A stretch of DNA of 64,000 bases from Eledone cirrhosa (lineage: Eukaryota), in the NCBI GenBank assembly GCA_964016885.1, contig OZ024741.1:217372001-217436000 (forward strand), read 5' to 3'. The first letter of the stretch is position 1. Each line of letters starts with the position of its first letter. Position numbers and translations under genes: made by a program. The notes below the pieces were generated by a model. That model did no database searches, had not been told where the DNA came from, and saw only the letters and a list, made by a program, of their open reading frames with translations. Below, piece after piece: positions 41,161-55,121 of the stretch.

Positions 41161-41546
41161 AGCAGAGATGTAGAAAAACAAATCTTTTTTCATTTTACTC
41201 CACATTATTCAGTGTTTCATAGCTTTCCATTTGTTTCAACATAGTAATAAATTAATTAATCATAGTAATAAATTAAATAGTAGCAGCTGACTAACTGATA
41301 ATTTGACCTAAAAATTCAAGTTCTTTTGTCTTATCTGCTTGGCCAGGGTGTATAAAGCATGGGTCCCGAGACTGAGCTGCCAAATATATATGTGTGTAAG
41401 AATGTGTAGTTAGGCAGAGTAAATGTGTGTGTATCTATGACTGCATGTATGAGTGTGTTGATGTAAATATGAATGTGTAGCCAGGTAGTGTGTTTGAGTG
41501 TGTGAGTGTGTTGCCATCACATTCAACTTAGAGAGACCTTCTATGC

Positions 41547-41822
41547 CTGTGGTTCTTAACCTGGGGTGCTAATACAGTTCTTGTGGCATGAGGAGAGTTC
41601 CAGAAAGTTATGAAACATCAGTGTCTGAATATTTTCTGTCATTTTCAAACATTTGTATTTATTAATCATAGTAATTAATTAATTAATTAGTAGCAGCTAA
41701 GTAGCTGATCATTTGAGCTGAAAATTCAAATTCTTTTGTCTTATGTGCTTGGCCTAGGGGTGCAGGATGGAATTTCAAAATCTCAAGGGGTGCCATGATA
41801 GAAAAAAGGTTAAGAACCACTG
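41547..41822. mobile_element. hAT/Charlie-like MITE
   Basis: 15-bp TIRs ctgtggttcttaacc / ggttaagaaccactg; target duplication not clear. Confidence 0.6.
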
Positions 41823-43664
41823 CTTTGTATTTTCACAGAAAAGGCTTTATCTCACATAATATCGAATCTAGAAGATAAATAATATCAGGTCGTTAATCCT
41901 TTAGTATTTACATTACTCTATATATACTATTGTATTTTTGTGGTAAAGGCTTTACCTTACATAATATCAAATCTATGAGATTTTGATATTATTTATTTTG
42001 AGAACAGGGCGGTGGTTTGACAGTATCGGTAGAGCGCCAGACACTATGCTTTGCAGCATAGTTATGGCCCTTTGCATTCTGAGTTCAAATCCGCCGAGGC
42101 TAACTTTGCCTTTCATCCTTACGAGGTCAATAAAATAAAGTACCAGTGATGCACTGGGGTAATCGCTGGCTTTGTGCCAAAAGTAGAAACTGAGGGCAGT
42201 GGATTAGCAGTATCGGTAGAGGGTCGGATGCCATCTTTCTAGCATAGGTACATCCCTTTACGGTCTGAGTTCAAATCCCACCGAGGTTAACTTTGCTTTT
42301 CATCCTTTCGGGGTCAATAAAATAAAGTACCAGTAATCTACTGGGTATTTGCTGGCCTTGTGCCAAAAGCAGAAACAATTATTTATTTTGAGAACAATAT
42401 CTTAACATCAGTATGAGTGGTCGATTACAACCAGTTTGAACAGAAAGAGATGAAAGAATTCTGGCCAGATATGGTCAGTTTAATGGGTTCTAATTTAGGC
42501 ACAAGGCCAGCAATTCTTTTTTTTTTTTTTTTTTTGCGGTGGTGTGGGCAAGCGTTAGCTGGTTAAACAGGCCCCAGCATGTCACTGATACTTCATTTTA
42601 TCAACCCCTGGAAGGATGGCCATGGCATAATTTGAACTTAGAATATAATAAGCTGGAAAATTCTGCCAATTTACTGACCTTATTTAAATAATTACAAAGA
42701 TTGTATTTTTAACAGGATATTTCGAGTCTATTTTGTCAAATATTTAACTATCTTGGTTCAAAATGGTGTCATGTAAATAACTGTTCCTTGTTGCTGTTGT
42801 GGTTGTTGTTGTTGTTGTTGTTGTGGTGGTGGTGTTGATTGTGGTTGTTGTGGTGGTGGTGCAGATTATTGTTGTTGTAGTGGTGGTGGGGGGGGTGATT
42901 GTGGTTGTTGTCATGGTGGTGATTGTGGTTGTTGTCATGGTGGGGGGGGGGGGTGATTGTGGTTGTTGTGGTGGTGGTGGTGATGGTGGTGGGGGTTGTT
43001 GTTGTTGTGGTGGTGGTGGTGATTGTAGTTATTGTTGTGGTGGTGGTGGGGTTGTTGTTGTGATGGTGGTTGTTGTGGTAGTGATGGTGATTGTTGTTCT
43101 TATTGTGATGATGGTGGTTGTTGTTGTTAGTTGCTATTGCTGTTGTGGTGGTTGTGGTAGTGGTGGTTGTTGCTGTTGTTGTGGTGGTGCTGGCGGTGGT
43201 TGTGGTGGTGGTTGTGGTAGTGGTGGTTGTTGTTGTGGTGGTGGTGGTGATGGTGGGTGTTGTTGTGGTGGTAATGAAGGTGTTGATGGTTGTGATGATA
43301 GTTTTGTTGTTGTTATTGTTGTTGTAGTCTGTGTATATATTAATATTGGCAACAATTAGTTCTTTTTACCCCATTAACCCTTTCCTGGCCATATTTCTAA
43401 TGAAAAACACTATCTATGATTTTACAAATTAATTTTGAAAATAATCAGCAATTTGCAGGGATTTAGTTATATACCATTTTCATAATTAAGCTGTTTTTTT
43501 TTTAACATAAGTTAACAAAAGTTCTTATATAAAATTACGTTAGAAGCATTTTAGATAAATACTAGCAGAATGGCCCGGCGTTGCTTGGGATTTGCTCTAG
43601 GGTTCTTATATATTTGATATATATTTATCCTTATCGAGCCTCGTGAAATAAATACGTTTGTTTC

Positions 43665-46200
43665 ATCATCATCATCATCAAGGTTTAGCGTCCGTGTTCC
43701 ACGCTTGCATGGGTTTGGACGGGGGTTTTCCCACTTGAGGCAAGAGTGGTTGTCTTGCTTGCATAGGACTGTCTGGCGGGTTTTCTACAGCTGGATGCCC
43801 TTCCTAACACCAACCACATTTACAGTGTGGGGCTGGGAGGTTTTTACCGTGTTGCCTACACGGCCACATTACAGCGTGGACTGTCTGGCGGGTTTTCTAC
43901 AGCTGGATGCCCTTCCTAACACCAACCACATTTACAGTGTGGGGCTGGGTTGGTTTTTACCATGTTGCCTACACGGCCACATTTACAGCGTGGACTGTGT
44001 GTTTTTTTGTCGTGACACCTACACGATCTCATTTGTTTCGGCCTGGATGTTGTGGCACCAACATAACTTTACATTGAAAGGGGCGGTGTGGATGGGGTGG
44101 GGTGGGTGGGACGGGGGTGTGTTTTGATAGAGATGCTTACTGACTGTAGTAGGTTTTACTTTGTATTTAGGTAAGGCGGGTCTTCTCTATTACTGAGTAC
44201 CGCCAAAGGTCTCGGTCCAGTGACATTGTCTTGGAGAGGTGTAAGCGTGTGAGGTCGGAATTTATCATGTCGTCCCAGGTTTTTCTGGGTCTGCCTACTC
44301 CGTGGCTACCGTCTATCTTTATTGCCCTGCACTTTGTTATACAGCTGTCGTCTTTCATGCGCATCACGTGACCATACCAACGTAGCCTTCTCTCGAGTAA
44401 ACAACATCTGATCCCTCTTATTTCTAATTTTTTCCTTAGTTCGTTTATGCTTAGCCGTTCACGTATATTACTATTGCACATCCAGTGGAGTATGCAAGCT
44501 TCGTTCCTCTCTAGTCTGCGTATATCCTCTGCACACAATGCCCAGGTCTCACTGCCATGCAGCATTGCTGTTCGTATGCAGGCATCGTATAACCTGCCTT
44601 TCATTTTTAGGGAGAACCCTTTAGCGGCTAATAGTGGTATAAGCTCTCTGAACTTTTTCCATCCAGTTCTGACTCTAGCTACTGTACTTTCAGAGCACCC
44701 TCCCCCACTGCTGATTTTGTCACCCAGGTAACGGAAGCTGTCCACTATTTCTATAGAACCCTCTGCGCAATTGAAAGAGCTAGTATTTTGTGGGCACTTG
44801 CTGCTACTTATTGCACCAGAGCACCGGCCACATGTAAAATCTATGTTCTTAGTTAGCTTACCTGTGATCCCACTACATTTTTTATGCACCCATACTTTGC
44901 ATTTAGGACATAAAATGGAGTTTCTACCTACGCCTTTCCTACACACTGAGCATGGCCATTTCCCGGAAGGGACCGCCGCCTTATTTTCTTTCCTACAAAC
45001 TAGAACTTTAGTCTTAGCCAGGTTAATTTTAAGGCCTTTTGATTCTAGGCCGTGCTTCCATGTTTGGAATTTCTTCTCTAGTTCAGTCATTGATTCAGCT
45101 ATGAGCGTTAGATCATCTGCGTATAGGAGTTCGCATGGGCAGCCGGTCTTGAACTCCTCTGTTATAGCCTGAAGGGCAATAATAAATAGTAGGGGGCTGA
45201 GAACAGAGCCCTGATGGACACCAACTTTTACGCTAAACTCTTCACTATATTCGTTGTTAATTCTAACCTTGCTCACTGTTTCTTTATACATGGCTTGTAT
45301 AGCTCTCACAAGCCATTCGTCAACACCTAGTTTTCTAAGAGCTCACCAGATAATGGAACGGGGGACTCTGTCGAAGGCTTTCTCCAAGTCAACAAAAGCT
45401 AAGTATAGGGGTTTACTTTTAGCTAGGTACTTCTCCTGTAGTTGTCGTACAATGAAAAGAGCGTCTGTGGTACTTTTGCCTGACACAAACCCGAACTGCA
45501 TTTCATCTAGATCATTTCTCTCTCTGATTAGTTGCGCTATTACTTTTTCCGTGACCTTCATGACCTGGTCGATTAATTTATTGCCTCTATAGTTACACCT
45601 ATCTAGGGCATCTCCTTTACCCTTGTAACAGTTAATGATGATGCTGCTATGCCAGTCCTTCGGAACAACCCCATTCTGTATGACTTGGTTTACTATCCGG
45701 GTGACCATGGTGTGTCCCACCGTTCCAGAGGCTTTCAGCATCTCAGCAACTATTTCCGAAGGTCCAGCCGCCTTACCCGTCTTCATATCTTTGATTGCCT
45801 TACTTATTATACTACCTTCGACTAACACTGCTGGTCCCTCTATTGGGTCGATGTGGGGGAGACTGTCTTTCTCCCATCTGTTCTCCTCATTTAGAAGCCT
45901 TTCGTAGTGACACTTCCAAGCTACCTTCTTATCAGCGTCAGTGATGGCAAGTATGCCATCATCATTAAGTACACACTTCTCCCCGACAATATCACGGTTT
46001 TCCTTGACACATTGCCTAGCAATCCTGAACACCTCACGTTTTTGGTCCTCACGTTGTAGAACATGCTTGAACTTTCTTTCCTCTGCTTCCCTTCTTGCGA
46101 AGTACACTTGTCTCCTAGCTTCCCTCCTGGCCACTTGATAGTCTTCTCTACTTCCCCCATCCCGCCATACTTTCCAAGCCTGCTTTTTGTTATTGTGTAT
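43665..46200 (-). mobile_element. Longest RTE LINE copy in the window (2.5 kb)
   Basis: ORFs 45343-46218 and 44167-45309 are one frame broken by TGG>TGA at 45343-45345; tandem duplication in the 3'UTR. Confidence 0.96.
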
Positions 46201-46732
46201 GCAAAAATATCTGTACATGAATATATAATTATATATATATATATATATATTAAAATAACAGATTAAAGCTTAAGCAAAGACTCGCTGCTTTCACCCTTAA
46301 CGGGATCTTCTGAAACTAAAAAAATCAATCTGTGAACGCGGAAGTAAATATTTCGAAAAACGTTGCACACTATATATATATATATATATATACACACACT
46401 ATATATACACACACCACGTCATAATGTCGCAATACAGACAGCCAGATATACAGACAGATATTATAAGGGTGCAACGTTATATCTATGTATCTATCTAAAA
46501 AGAAAGACTAAGAATTATAGAGAGATCGCTAAATCGCCTAATGCGGTCCCTAGGCCATTGAAAATCCGAAATTTTTTCTAAAAACACTCACAGGACCATA
46601 AGTATTACGTGTGTAAAGTTTGAAAACAATCGGTTGGGTGGTTCTTGTGTTTTAGTGAGCTGACAGACAGACAGACAGACAATCTCTGTTTTAGATATAT
46701 AGAATAAACACTTTAACACTTTTATTACTATA

Positions 46733-47228
46733 CTAGCCGAAATACCCGCATCTTGCTGTGTTTCACACATTTTTTTTGTAAGAAAATGATGATTGATTTT
46801 AAATCAGTGATATAATTTATGGAGAAAAACTCTGCATTTCAATGTTACTCAATGTAAAATGTTATGCATGAAAAATTGGAAAACATTTTTTGTAATATAT
46901 CAAATCAAAATTACACTATTAAATCTTATTCTTATTTTGTTTCTTGTAAATAATTTTTTTCAAAATATCAATTCAAAACTTTTGTGAATAGGCATCATAT
47001 CTTGTCATTTACCTATGGTTTAAATTTCATATAAATCAAAGGAAAAAAATTTTCAGCAGGGGTTTGTGCCCCCGGGGAACCCTTTGATTAAAATGAAATA
47101 TACTTATCCAAGTACCCTGGGCAATGTAGTTTTAGAATATATATGGTTAAGGGGTCTATCTCCAAAACCATAGGAGGAGTTTGTGAACAAACAAACAAAC
47201 AGGAACTACAACTTTATATATAGAGAGA
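46733..47228 (-). mobile_element. Non-autonomous Helitron-like element
   Basis: Minus strand 5'-TCTCTATATATAAA ... hairpin ... CTAG-3', inserted between A and T. Confidence 0.6.
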
Positions 47229-48884
47229 TTTCTAATGAAAGACACTATCTATGATTTTTAAATTATTTTGAAAATAATTAACAATTTGGAGGGATCTACT
47301 AATGTAACTAACTTTATCATCATTAAGTTGGTGTTTGGAACATATATAACAGTCGAACGACTTTCGTCAAATCAGACCGAGGAAACAATGCTTATATTGG
47401 TCTTTCCATTGGTCTTGCTAATTCTATCTATCGGTCACAACTCCAGGTAGAAGGAACAATGCGAAGTAAAGTGTCTTACTCAAGGACATAACACATCAAA
47501 CGGTCCGGGAATCGAACTCACAACCTTACAATTGCGAATCCAATTCTCTAAACACTCAGCCACGCGCCTGCTTTGGAACATAACTTAACGGAAATTCTTA
47601 CATAAAGCTATGGTGAAAAGTTTTTAGATAGATATAAACAATTTAACCCTTTCATTATTATATCTCTATTATAAGGGCGGTGGATTGGCAGTATCGGTAG
47701 AGGGTCGGACGCCATGCTTTCCAGCATAGTTACGTCCCTTTACGATCTGAGTTCAAATCCCACCGAGGTTGACTTTGCCTTTCATCCTTACGGGGTCGAT
47801 AAAATAAAAGTACCAGTAATGCACTGGGTAATTGCTGGCCTTGTGCCTAAAGTAGAAACAATTATTATATCTCTATTGAAAGATACTGCCTACAAATTTC
47901 AAATCATTTTGAAAATAATTAAGAATTTAAAAGTCTATCTCTGAATTGAGAGAACACAACTCCGATACTATGGCCGTGTGGTTAGAATGTCTTAGGAAAG
48001 AATCACTGGAGAGATTTTATGGGGAAAAACCAACAGGAAGGTGACCCAGGGGTAGAATCCGAGCAAGATGTTTGGATAACATCCTTGAGCTTGGTTGGTC
48101 TCGCTTGGGGATCCAGCCAGATCAGGTGGAGATGGTTGCTTCTGACAGGACCTGCTGGAAGGAGTGCTTGAGGACTCTACTCCTCATGATCCTCTGGAGG
48201 AGGAGGAGCAGGAGGCGGAGAAGGAGGAGGAGGAGGAGGAGGAAGAGGAAGAGGAGGAGGAAGAGGAAGAAGAAGAAGAATGCTTTCTTTATTAACCACA
48301 AGGGTTTACACAAAGTAGACATTAAGGACAGTACAGGACAATACAGGATGGTACAAATGGGCATTTCTGCGTGTAAAAAAAACCAAAAAAAACAGAGGAT
48401 GTAATAAAAGAACAATGAAAAAATCCCCAATAGGGGGGGGGGGAGACTTCCGAGGGCCATCGTGGAGAAAGCCCATTAAAAAAAAAAGCAAAATAATAAT
48501 AATAATAATTATTATTATTTCTACTTTAGGCACAAGGCCAGCAATTACCCAAATAATAATAATTGTTTCTACGTTAGGCACAAGGCCAGCAATTAACCAG
48601 TGCATTACTGGTACTTTATTTGGGTAATTGCTGGCACAAGGCCAGCAATTACCCAAATAATAATAATATTAGGACAACAGTATGTTTCAGCACACGATTT
48701 TATAGTGAAAACCTTGTAAAACAAATACATCACCGCGATAACATAAATTATGTTTTGTATCATAAAGCCAGGGTCAGTTAGTATCAGGTGGGTTAGTATC
48801 CAAGGAACTGTTTCAATATTTGGCCACAAGGGCCGACATGTAGGAGACAAAAATAAAAGGACAATTTGTTATGTCTTCATTACG

Positions 48885-48983
48885 TTTATTGAGTGGTGAC
48901 ATGCGTTTTGCTATTGATCAGCTCAAGGTTCAATCTGTATTGATCTGGCCCGACTCTGGAATCAAAAGCTTGTCGGATCTCTG
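48885..48983 (-). other. Candidate terminal exon of the Gln-rich gene (NAGNAG acceptor, AATAAA at 48885-48890)
   Basis: ccacag|cag|AGATCC... unique sequence ending in AATAAA; weak polypyrimidine tract. Confidence 0.35.
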
Positions 48984-48991
48984 CTGTGGTA

Positions 48992-49167
<176 letters not shown>

Positions 49168-49182
49168 GTATATATATGTATA

Positions 49183-49273
<91 letters not shown>

Positions 49274-49284
49274 GTATATATATG

Positions 49285-49355
<71 letters not shown>

Positions 49356-49774
49356 GTATATATATGTATATATATATATAATATATATATATATATGTAT
49401 ATATATGTATATATATGTATATATCATCATCATCATCATTATTTTACGTCCGCTTTTCCCTGCTTGCAAGATATATATATATGTATATATATATATGTGT
49501 GTATGTATGTGTGTGTGTGTGTGTGTACATGTGTGTTTATCTACTTTTATTTTTATTCTTTTTCTCCTTCCCTTCTTCTTCCTCCAGCCTCACTTTCATA
49601 TATATTATATTTTTGTTTTTAAAATCAGCTGTCAATAAATATACCAGGATTTTTTCATACTGATGACTGAAAGCAAATTTGTTTGCTTTCAAGAAACCAC
49701 TGGTAAATGAAATAATTATCTTATGTTGTTTATTACATAACTATATATATATATATAAGGTAAAACTTTCTTAC

Positions 49775-49864
49775 CGGTGGTGATAGTCAGAATCTGATCA
49801 AAAATCTTTGTTGTCATGGTGATGTTTATGTTGGTGAGTCCGGTAATATTGGATGTAGTGAGGT
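49775..49864 (-). other. Candidate 90-nt internal exon
   Basis: gttctacag acceptor and CCG|gtaaga donor around a unique island between microsatellites. Reads PHYIQYYRTHQHKHHHDNKDF* or LTTSNITGLTNINITMTTKIFDQILTITT. Confidence 0.55.
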
Positions 49865-50443
49865 CTGTAGAACACACCGTTGATAGAAGAATAAAACATA
49901 GTTATATTGTTGTTGGTGGTGGTGATGATGTTGTTGTTGTTGTTGGTGGTGGTGGTGATGTTGGTGGTGGTGGTGGTTGTGGTGGTGGTGGTGGTGGTGA
50001 TGATGTTGGTGGTGGTGGTGATGATGTTGTTGGTGGTGGTGATGATGTTGTTGTTGTTGGTGGTGGTGGTGATGTTGGTGGTGGTGGTGGTTGTGGTGGT
50101 GGTGGTGGTGGTGATGATGTTGGTGGTGGTGGTGATGATGTTGTTGGTGGTGGTGATGATGATGTTGTTGTTGTTGGTGGTGGTGGTGATGTTGGTGGTG
50201 GTGGTGGTTGTGGTGTTGGTGGTGATGATGTTGTTGGTGGTGGTGGTGGTGGTGATGTTGGTGGTGGTGGTGGTGGTGATGATGGTGGTGGTGGTGGTGA
50301 TGATGTTGTTGGTGGTGGTGATGTTGTTGGTGGTGGTGGTTGTGGTGTTGGTGGTGGTGGTGATGATGTTGTTGGTGGTGATGTTGATGTTGTTGTTGTT
50401 GGTGGTGGTGGTGATGTTGGTGGTAGTGGTGGTGATGATGATG

Positions 50444-50475
<32 letters not shown>

Positions 50476-50620
50476 GGTAGTGGCAGTGATGTTGTTGTTG
50501 TTGTTGATGGTGGTGGTGTTGGTGATGTTGTTGTTGGTGGTGGTGGTGTTGGTGGTAGTGGCAGTGATGTTGTTGTTGTTGTTGTTGTTGGTGGTGGTGT
50601 TGGTGGTAGTGGCAGTGATG

Positions 50621-50653
<33 letters not shown>

Positions 50654-50844
50654 ATGTTGGTGGTGGTGGTGGTGATGTTGTTGTTGGTGGTCTTGTGTTA
50701 TTGCTGCTGCTATTATTATTGTTGTTGCTACTACTGCTGCTGCTGCTGCTGTTGTTGTTGTTACACTGTTTCCCTTGTTGTTGTTGGTGTTGCTGTTATT
50801 GTTGTTGATGTTGGTGTGTCCCTGTTTCTTTACTGATAAAACTC

Positions 50845-51180
50845 ACCAGTGTTGGTATAATCCTAATGCTGACCTAACTCTAACTTCACCAGTGTTGGTG
50901 TAACCCTAACCTTAACCTTAACTTCACCAGGGTTGGTGTAACCCTAACCTTATCCTTAACCCTAACTTCACCAGTGTTGGTGTAACCTTAACCTTAGCCT
51001 TAACCCTAACTTCACCAGTGTTGGTGTAACCTTAACCTTAGCCTTAACCCTAACTTCACCAGTGTTGGTGTATTCCTAATCTTAACCTTAACCCTAACTT
51101 CACCAGTGTTGATGTAACCCTAACCTTAACCCTAACCCTAACTTCACCAGTGTTGGTTTAATCCTAACCTTAACCCTACC
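50845..51180. repeat. ~41-47-bp tandem repeat built on telomere-like TAACCC/TAACCT hexamers
   Basis: About 8 units of cttcaccagtgttggtgtaaccctaaccttaaccctaa. Confidence 0.9.
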
Positions 51181-51439
51181 TTATTAGGGCCTTTGTCTTC
51201 ATTCTAAGTTGTTATTCTGTCCTTCCCAAGCTACTCAGAATCTTTTCAATCTTGGTTTTTTTAATGGACTTTTTCCAGTTTATGTTGAATGATCTTTAAT
51301 TCTTGATGTTTGTGAAAATTTCTCTTTTTCTGTACTCTAGGGCACCTAAAAGTTGCCCTAAGGTTTGCTGGTTGTGAAAATCTTTCTGTTGGTGTTGAAG
51401 CTATCGCAAGCTTTGCAACTTATCAAATTCTCTCTGCTG

Positions 51440-52318
51440 CTACTGAGTAGGCCCTAAGGCTTGCTGGTCATGAAAATTTTCCTGTTGGTACTGAGGGTAT
51501 GGCAAGCTTTGCCGTTCATCAAATTCTCTCTGCCAGTACTGAGTGGGCCATAAGACTTGCTGGTGGTCAAAATCTCCCCCTTGCTGCTGTGGAGACCCTA
51601 ACTGTTGCAGCTCATCAAATTCTCTCTGCTGGTACAGAGTGGATCCTAAGACTTGTTGTTGTTCATGAAATTCTCTCTGCTCGCGTCTCTGTCCTTCAGG
51701 AAGTCTTTTGAAAGCTCCTCTCAGAAGGCCCTGAGTGTGTCTCATATGTTGTTGTTGTTGTTGTTGTTGTTGTCTAAGCCAATATTTCATTTGTCGGCGC
51801 CAGTTTTGTTCTCTAAGTCGCTGCCCAAGATGGTGCTCTCTCTGTTGTTGGTCCTGAGTATATTGTCCAAGGCGCTGGCGGTAATGTTTCCTCTGTCGTC
51901 GTCGGTGCTGAAATTCTCCATATTGATGCTGCTGTGGGTATCGGCCATTCCAACGTCGGATGTTGCCACGGTTTCCATTAATCGATCCCTTTGGAGCCCC
52001 TGTTGGATGGTGGTAATGATCCTGGTGATGATAAGCAGACGTAGATCTGGGCAAGGAATTAGACAGATTGGAAGGAACATCAGGATGTAAAAAAGAAGGA
52101 GGAGGAGGAGGAAGAAGAAAGTGGTAATGGTCATTACTGGCACCATCTTTGAGACGTAATAGCGACTGTTGCCAACTCACATGTCTGTCACCTGTTGAGG
52201 GAAACTCTTGCCAACTCACATCATTGACTCCAGTTGAGGGCAGTCTACGACATGTTACCCTCCCAACAAGAAGCTGGAACAGAACATCAACAACAACAAC
52301 TATAAAGGCAGACCTCAT
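51440..52318 (-). CDS. Unrecognised secreted Gln/His/Arg-rich repeat protein (292 aa)
   Basis: aaccATG context, upstream TATA, hydrophobic N-terminus MRSAFIVVVVDVLFQLLVGRVTC, 13-aa duplication PSTG...VSWQ, 16-aa C-terminal repeats QQREFD.QQ.LG..QY. Non-TE, non-microsatellite sequence. Confidence 0.62.
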   Translation of the reverse strand: MRSAFIVVVVDVLFQLLVGRVTCRRLPSTGVNDVSWQEFPSTGDRHVSWQQSLLRLKDGASNDHYHFLLPPPPPSFLHPDVPSNLSNSLPRSTSAYHHQDHYHHPTGAPKGSINGNRGNIRRWNGRYPQQHQYGEFQHRRRQRKHYRQRLGQYTQDQQQREHHLGQRLREQNWRRQMKYWLRQQQQQQQQHMRHTQGLLRGAFKRLPEGQRREQREFHEQQQVLGSTLYQQREFDELQQLGSPQQQGGDFDHQQVLWPTQYWQREFDERQSLPYPQYQQENFHDQQALGPTQ

Positions 52319-52386
52319 GGTTCAATTTTGATCAGTCAATCACTCCAGCTCTGATTAATGAATCAATACACACCAAATATTACCTC

Positions 52387-52393
52387 TTTTATA
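52387..52393 (-). promoter_or_regulatory. TATA box for 51440-52318
   Basis: TATAAAA about 70 nt upstream of the ATG, with Inr-like TTCATT about 32-35 nt downstream. Confidence 0.55.
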
Positions 52394-55090
52394 GTCAAGT
52401 TATCAACAGAGGAAACTGAGAAATTGTTAATTTTACTCCAATTGTTTATAACAGACTTTTGATATTATAGTCTTCAGGTCTTCTGGCTATTGTTGTTTTA
52501 TGTGTAGGTGTTGGTGTATATGTGTGTGTATAAGTGTATGTACCTGTATATGTAAATATGTGTGTATATATATATGTGTGTGTGTATGTGTATGTGTACA
52601 TGTGTGTGTGTGTATGTTGGTATACATGTGTATGTATATGCACATATGTGTGTGTGTATATAAGTGTATGTAGCTATATATATATATACATATATATATA
52701 ATGTGTGTGTGTGTATATATGTGAATGTGTATACGTGTATGTGTACATGTGTGTGTGTTAATGTATATATATATATGTGAGTGTATGTATGTGTCATGGT
52801 GTGTGTTCTAAATACAGACACATAGAAGTGACCGTCACAGTACTGAGGTGACCTTTGATTTTGCCACAGTACTTAGGTGACCTTTGACCCTGTCACAATA
52901 CTGTGCTAACCTTTGGCTCTGTTATAATACTGAGGCCATCTTAAACATTTGATATTGGTCAAACAATTTTTTTCAAATATAATATATTTAGGACTAATTA
53001 TCAAAACATTTGCAAGTCAAGTACAACTGTGGCTAAAATTATTTTTCTACATTTTAATTGTCTTAGTTTGAACACAGTCTCAGATCAAGTCATTTGCCAG
53101 ACATGTACAATTATGGCTACAATGACTCTTCCATGATGTACTTTAGTTTCAACACAGTCTCAAAAATAAACTGGACAATATACGACTGTTTTGAAAGTCA
53201 AATTTGTTAAAAAAACCATTGGAAAATCAAAAATTTCATCAGCAACACGATCCTGGTGTAACTGTTGAAATTTACCGAAAATATCTAGTCTAGAGTTCTA
53301 TGTTTCTGTGTAAGGTAACAAACACTTTAAAACAAGAATAATATTATATCCATAAAAATTCACTTTAAAAAAAATATCAATGAATACAGTTATGTCCCTT
53401 TAATTTTAGATACGTCTGTTTCGTATCAACGATATGATAATGATTTTATACTCTTGGGTCTCGAATAATCGCACCCTCCTGCTTCATGGTGTCCTATCGG
53501 TAGAGCGTCGGACATCATGCTTTGCAGCATAGAGTTACGGCCCTTTATGATCTGAGTTCAAATCCCGGTGAGGCTAACTTTGCCTTTCATCCTTACGGGG
53601 TCGATAAAATAAAGCACCAGTAACGCACTGAGGTCGATTTAATCGACTCCCCTCCCCAAAAAAAAATTGCTGGCCTTGTGCCTATATAAGAAACCATTAA
53701 TTTTGTTACCCCCACCTCGCTTATTAAATTTTGCTAATCTATCTTCGGCAAAATTTATTTTAATTTTCTTTATACATTAAAAAACATTATACATACATGA
53801 CAAAAAAGATATTACTGGAAATCCCATACCCTATAAAATATTAGGATGGGTTGGGGTCTCAATATGAAAACTAAATGACTAATTCTGGTTTTATAAAAAA
53901 AAACCAACGGAGAAATTACCGACTCCCACACCCCCACCCGCTGATTCCAACCCCCATTCATTTCGCCCCACTGGTGGATTGGCATGCTTTGACGCATAGA
54001 GTTACGGCCCTTGCATTCTGAGTTCAAATCCCGCCGAGGTTAACTTTGCCTTTCATCCTTACGGGGTCGAAAAAATAAAGTACCAGTAATACACTCGGGT
54101 AATTGTTGGCCTTGTGCCCAAAGTAGAAACAATTATTTTTGGGACCCGAGAATATGTGGATGTCTGTGTGCATGTCATCATCATCATCATCATCATCACC
54201 AGCAACAGCACCAGCTTTAACAGCGGCAATAGCAGCAGCATCGTTTAATGTCCATCGTTTTCCATGCCGACACTAACCTTTTCCATATTAACCCACCCCA
54301 AGCCGCCTTTGATTTTACGAAACGACTCGGTCAAACCTGGCTCTGGTTCTATGAAACAAAACCTTGAATTTTAAGGAATTCCTGTTTAAATCAAGATCTT
54401 CCAACATAGTTTTATATAAGAACCATATGTTAAATTAATGTCTTAATAATTGTTACTACTTTTAGCACAAGGCCAGCGAATATCCAGTGTATTAGTGGTA
54501 CTCTATTTTATCGACCCCGTAAGGATGAAAGGCAAAGTTAAACTCGGCGTGATTAGAATTCAGATCATAAAGGGACGTAACTCTTTGCTGCAAAGCATGG
54601 CGTCAGACGCTTTACCGATACTGCCAATCCACCGCCATATTAATGTCATAATTGTTTCATTTTAGGCACAAGGCCAGCAATTTGAAGGGGAGGGGAAAGT
54701 TGATTAAATCGATCCTAGTGTATTACTGGTACTATATTTTATCGACCCTGTAAGAATGAAAGGCAAAGCAGACTGTGGGTATGGTGTGGCGTGCGGTGGC
54801 CGGGAGCGGGGGGGGGGAAGTGCTCGACCGGAAGGGGTTTTTGAGTGCTCGACCGGAAGGGGTCTTTGACCGGAAGGATGCTCGACCGGAAGGATGCTCG
54901 ACCGGAAGGGCCAGGAGAGGGCCTCTCTCTAGTGGTGACCAGCATACGGTGAGAACGCGTTTTGGGCAGCTCCCGGTGTTAAGCAGTCGGACGCACGTGG
55001 AAGAGGAGTACCTGCAGTGGAATTTAGCGGCGCCTGTGAAAAGCGGTAAGTGAGATAGCTTTTTCTAACCACAAGCTATTTCGGCGACTG

Positions 55091-55121
<31 letters not shown>

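Noticed and set aside
49816-50836. Gly/Val/Asp-rich 330-aa ORF resembling a structural protein (also 33552-34106, 42799-43359)
   Set aside because: Pure GGT/GTT/GAT triplets with no synonymous variation or splice context; simple-repeat expansion.
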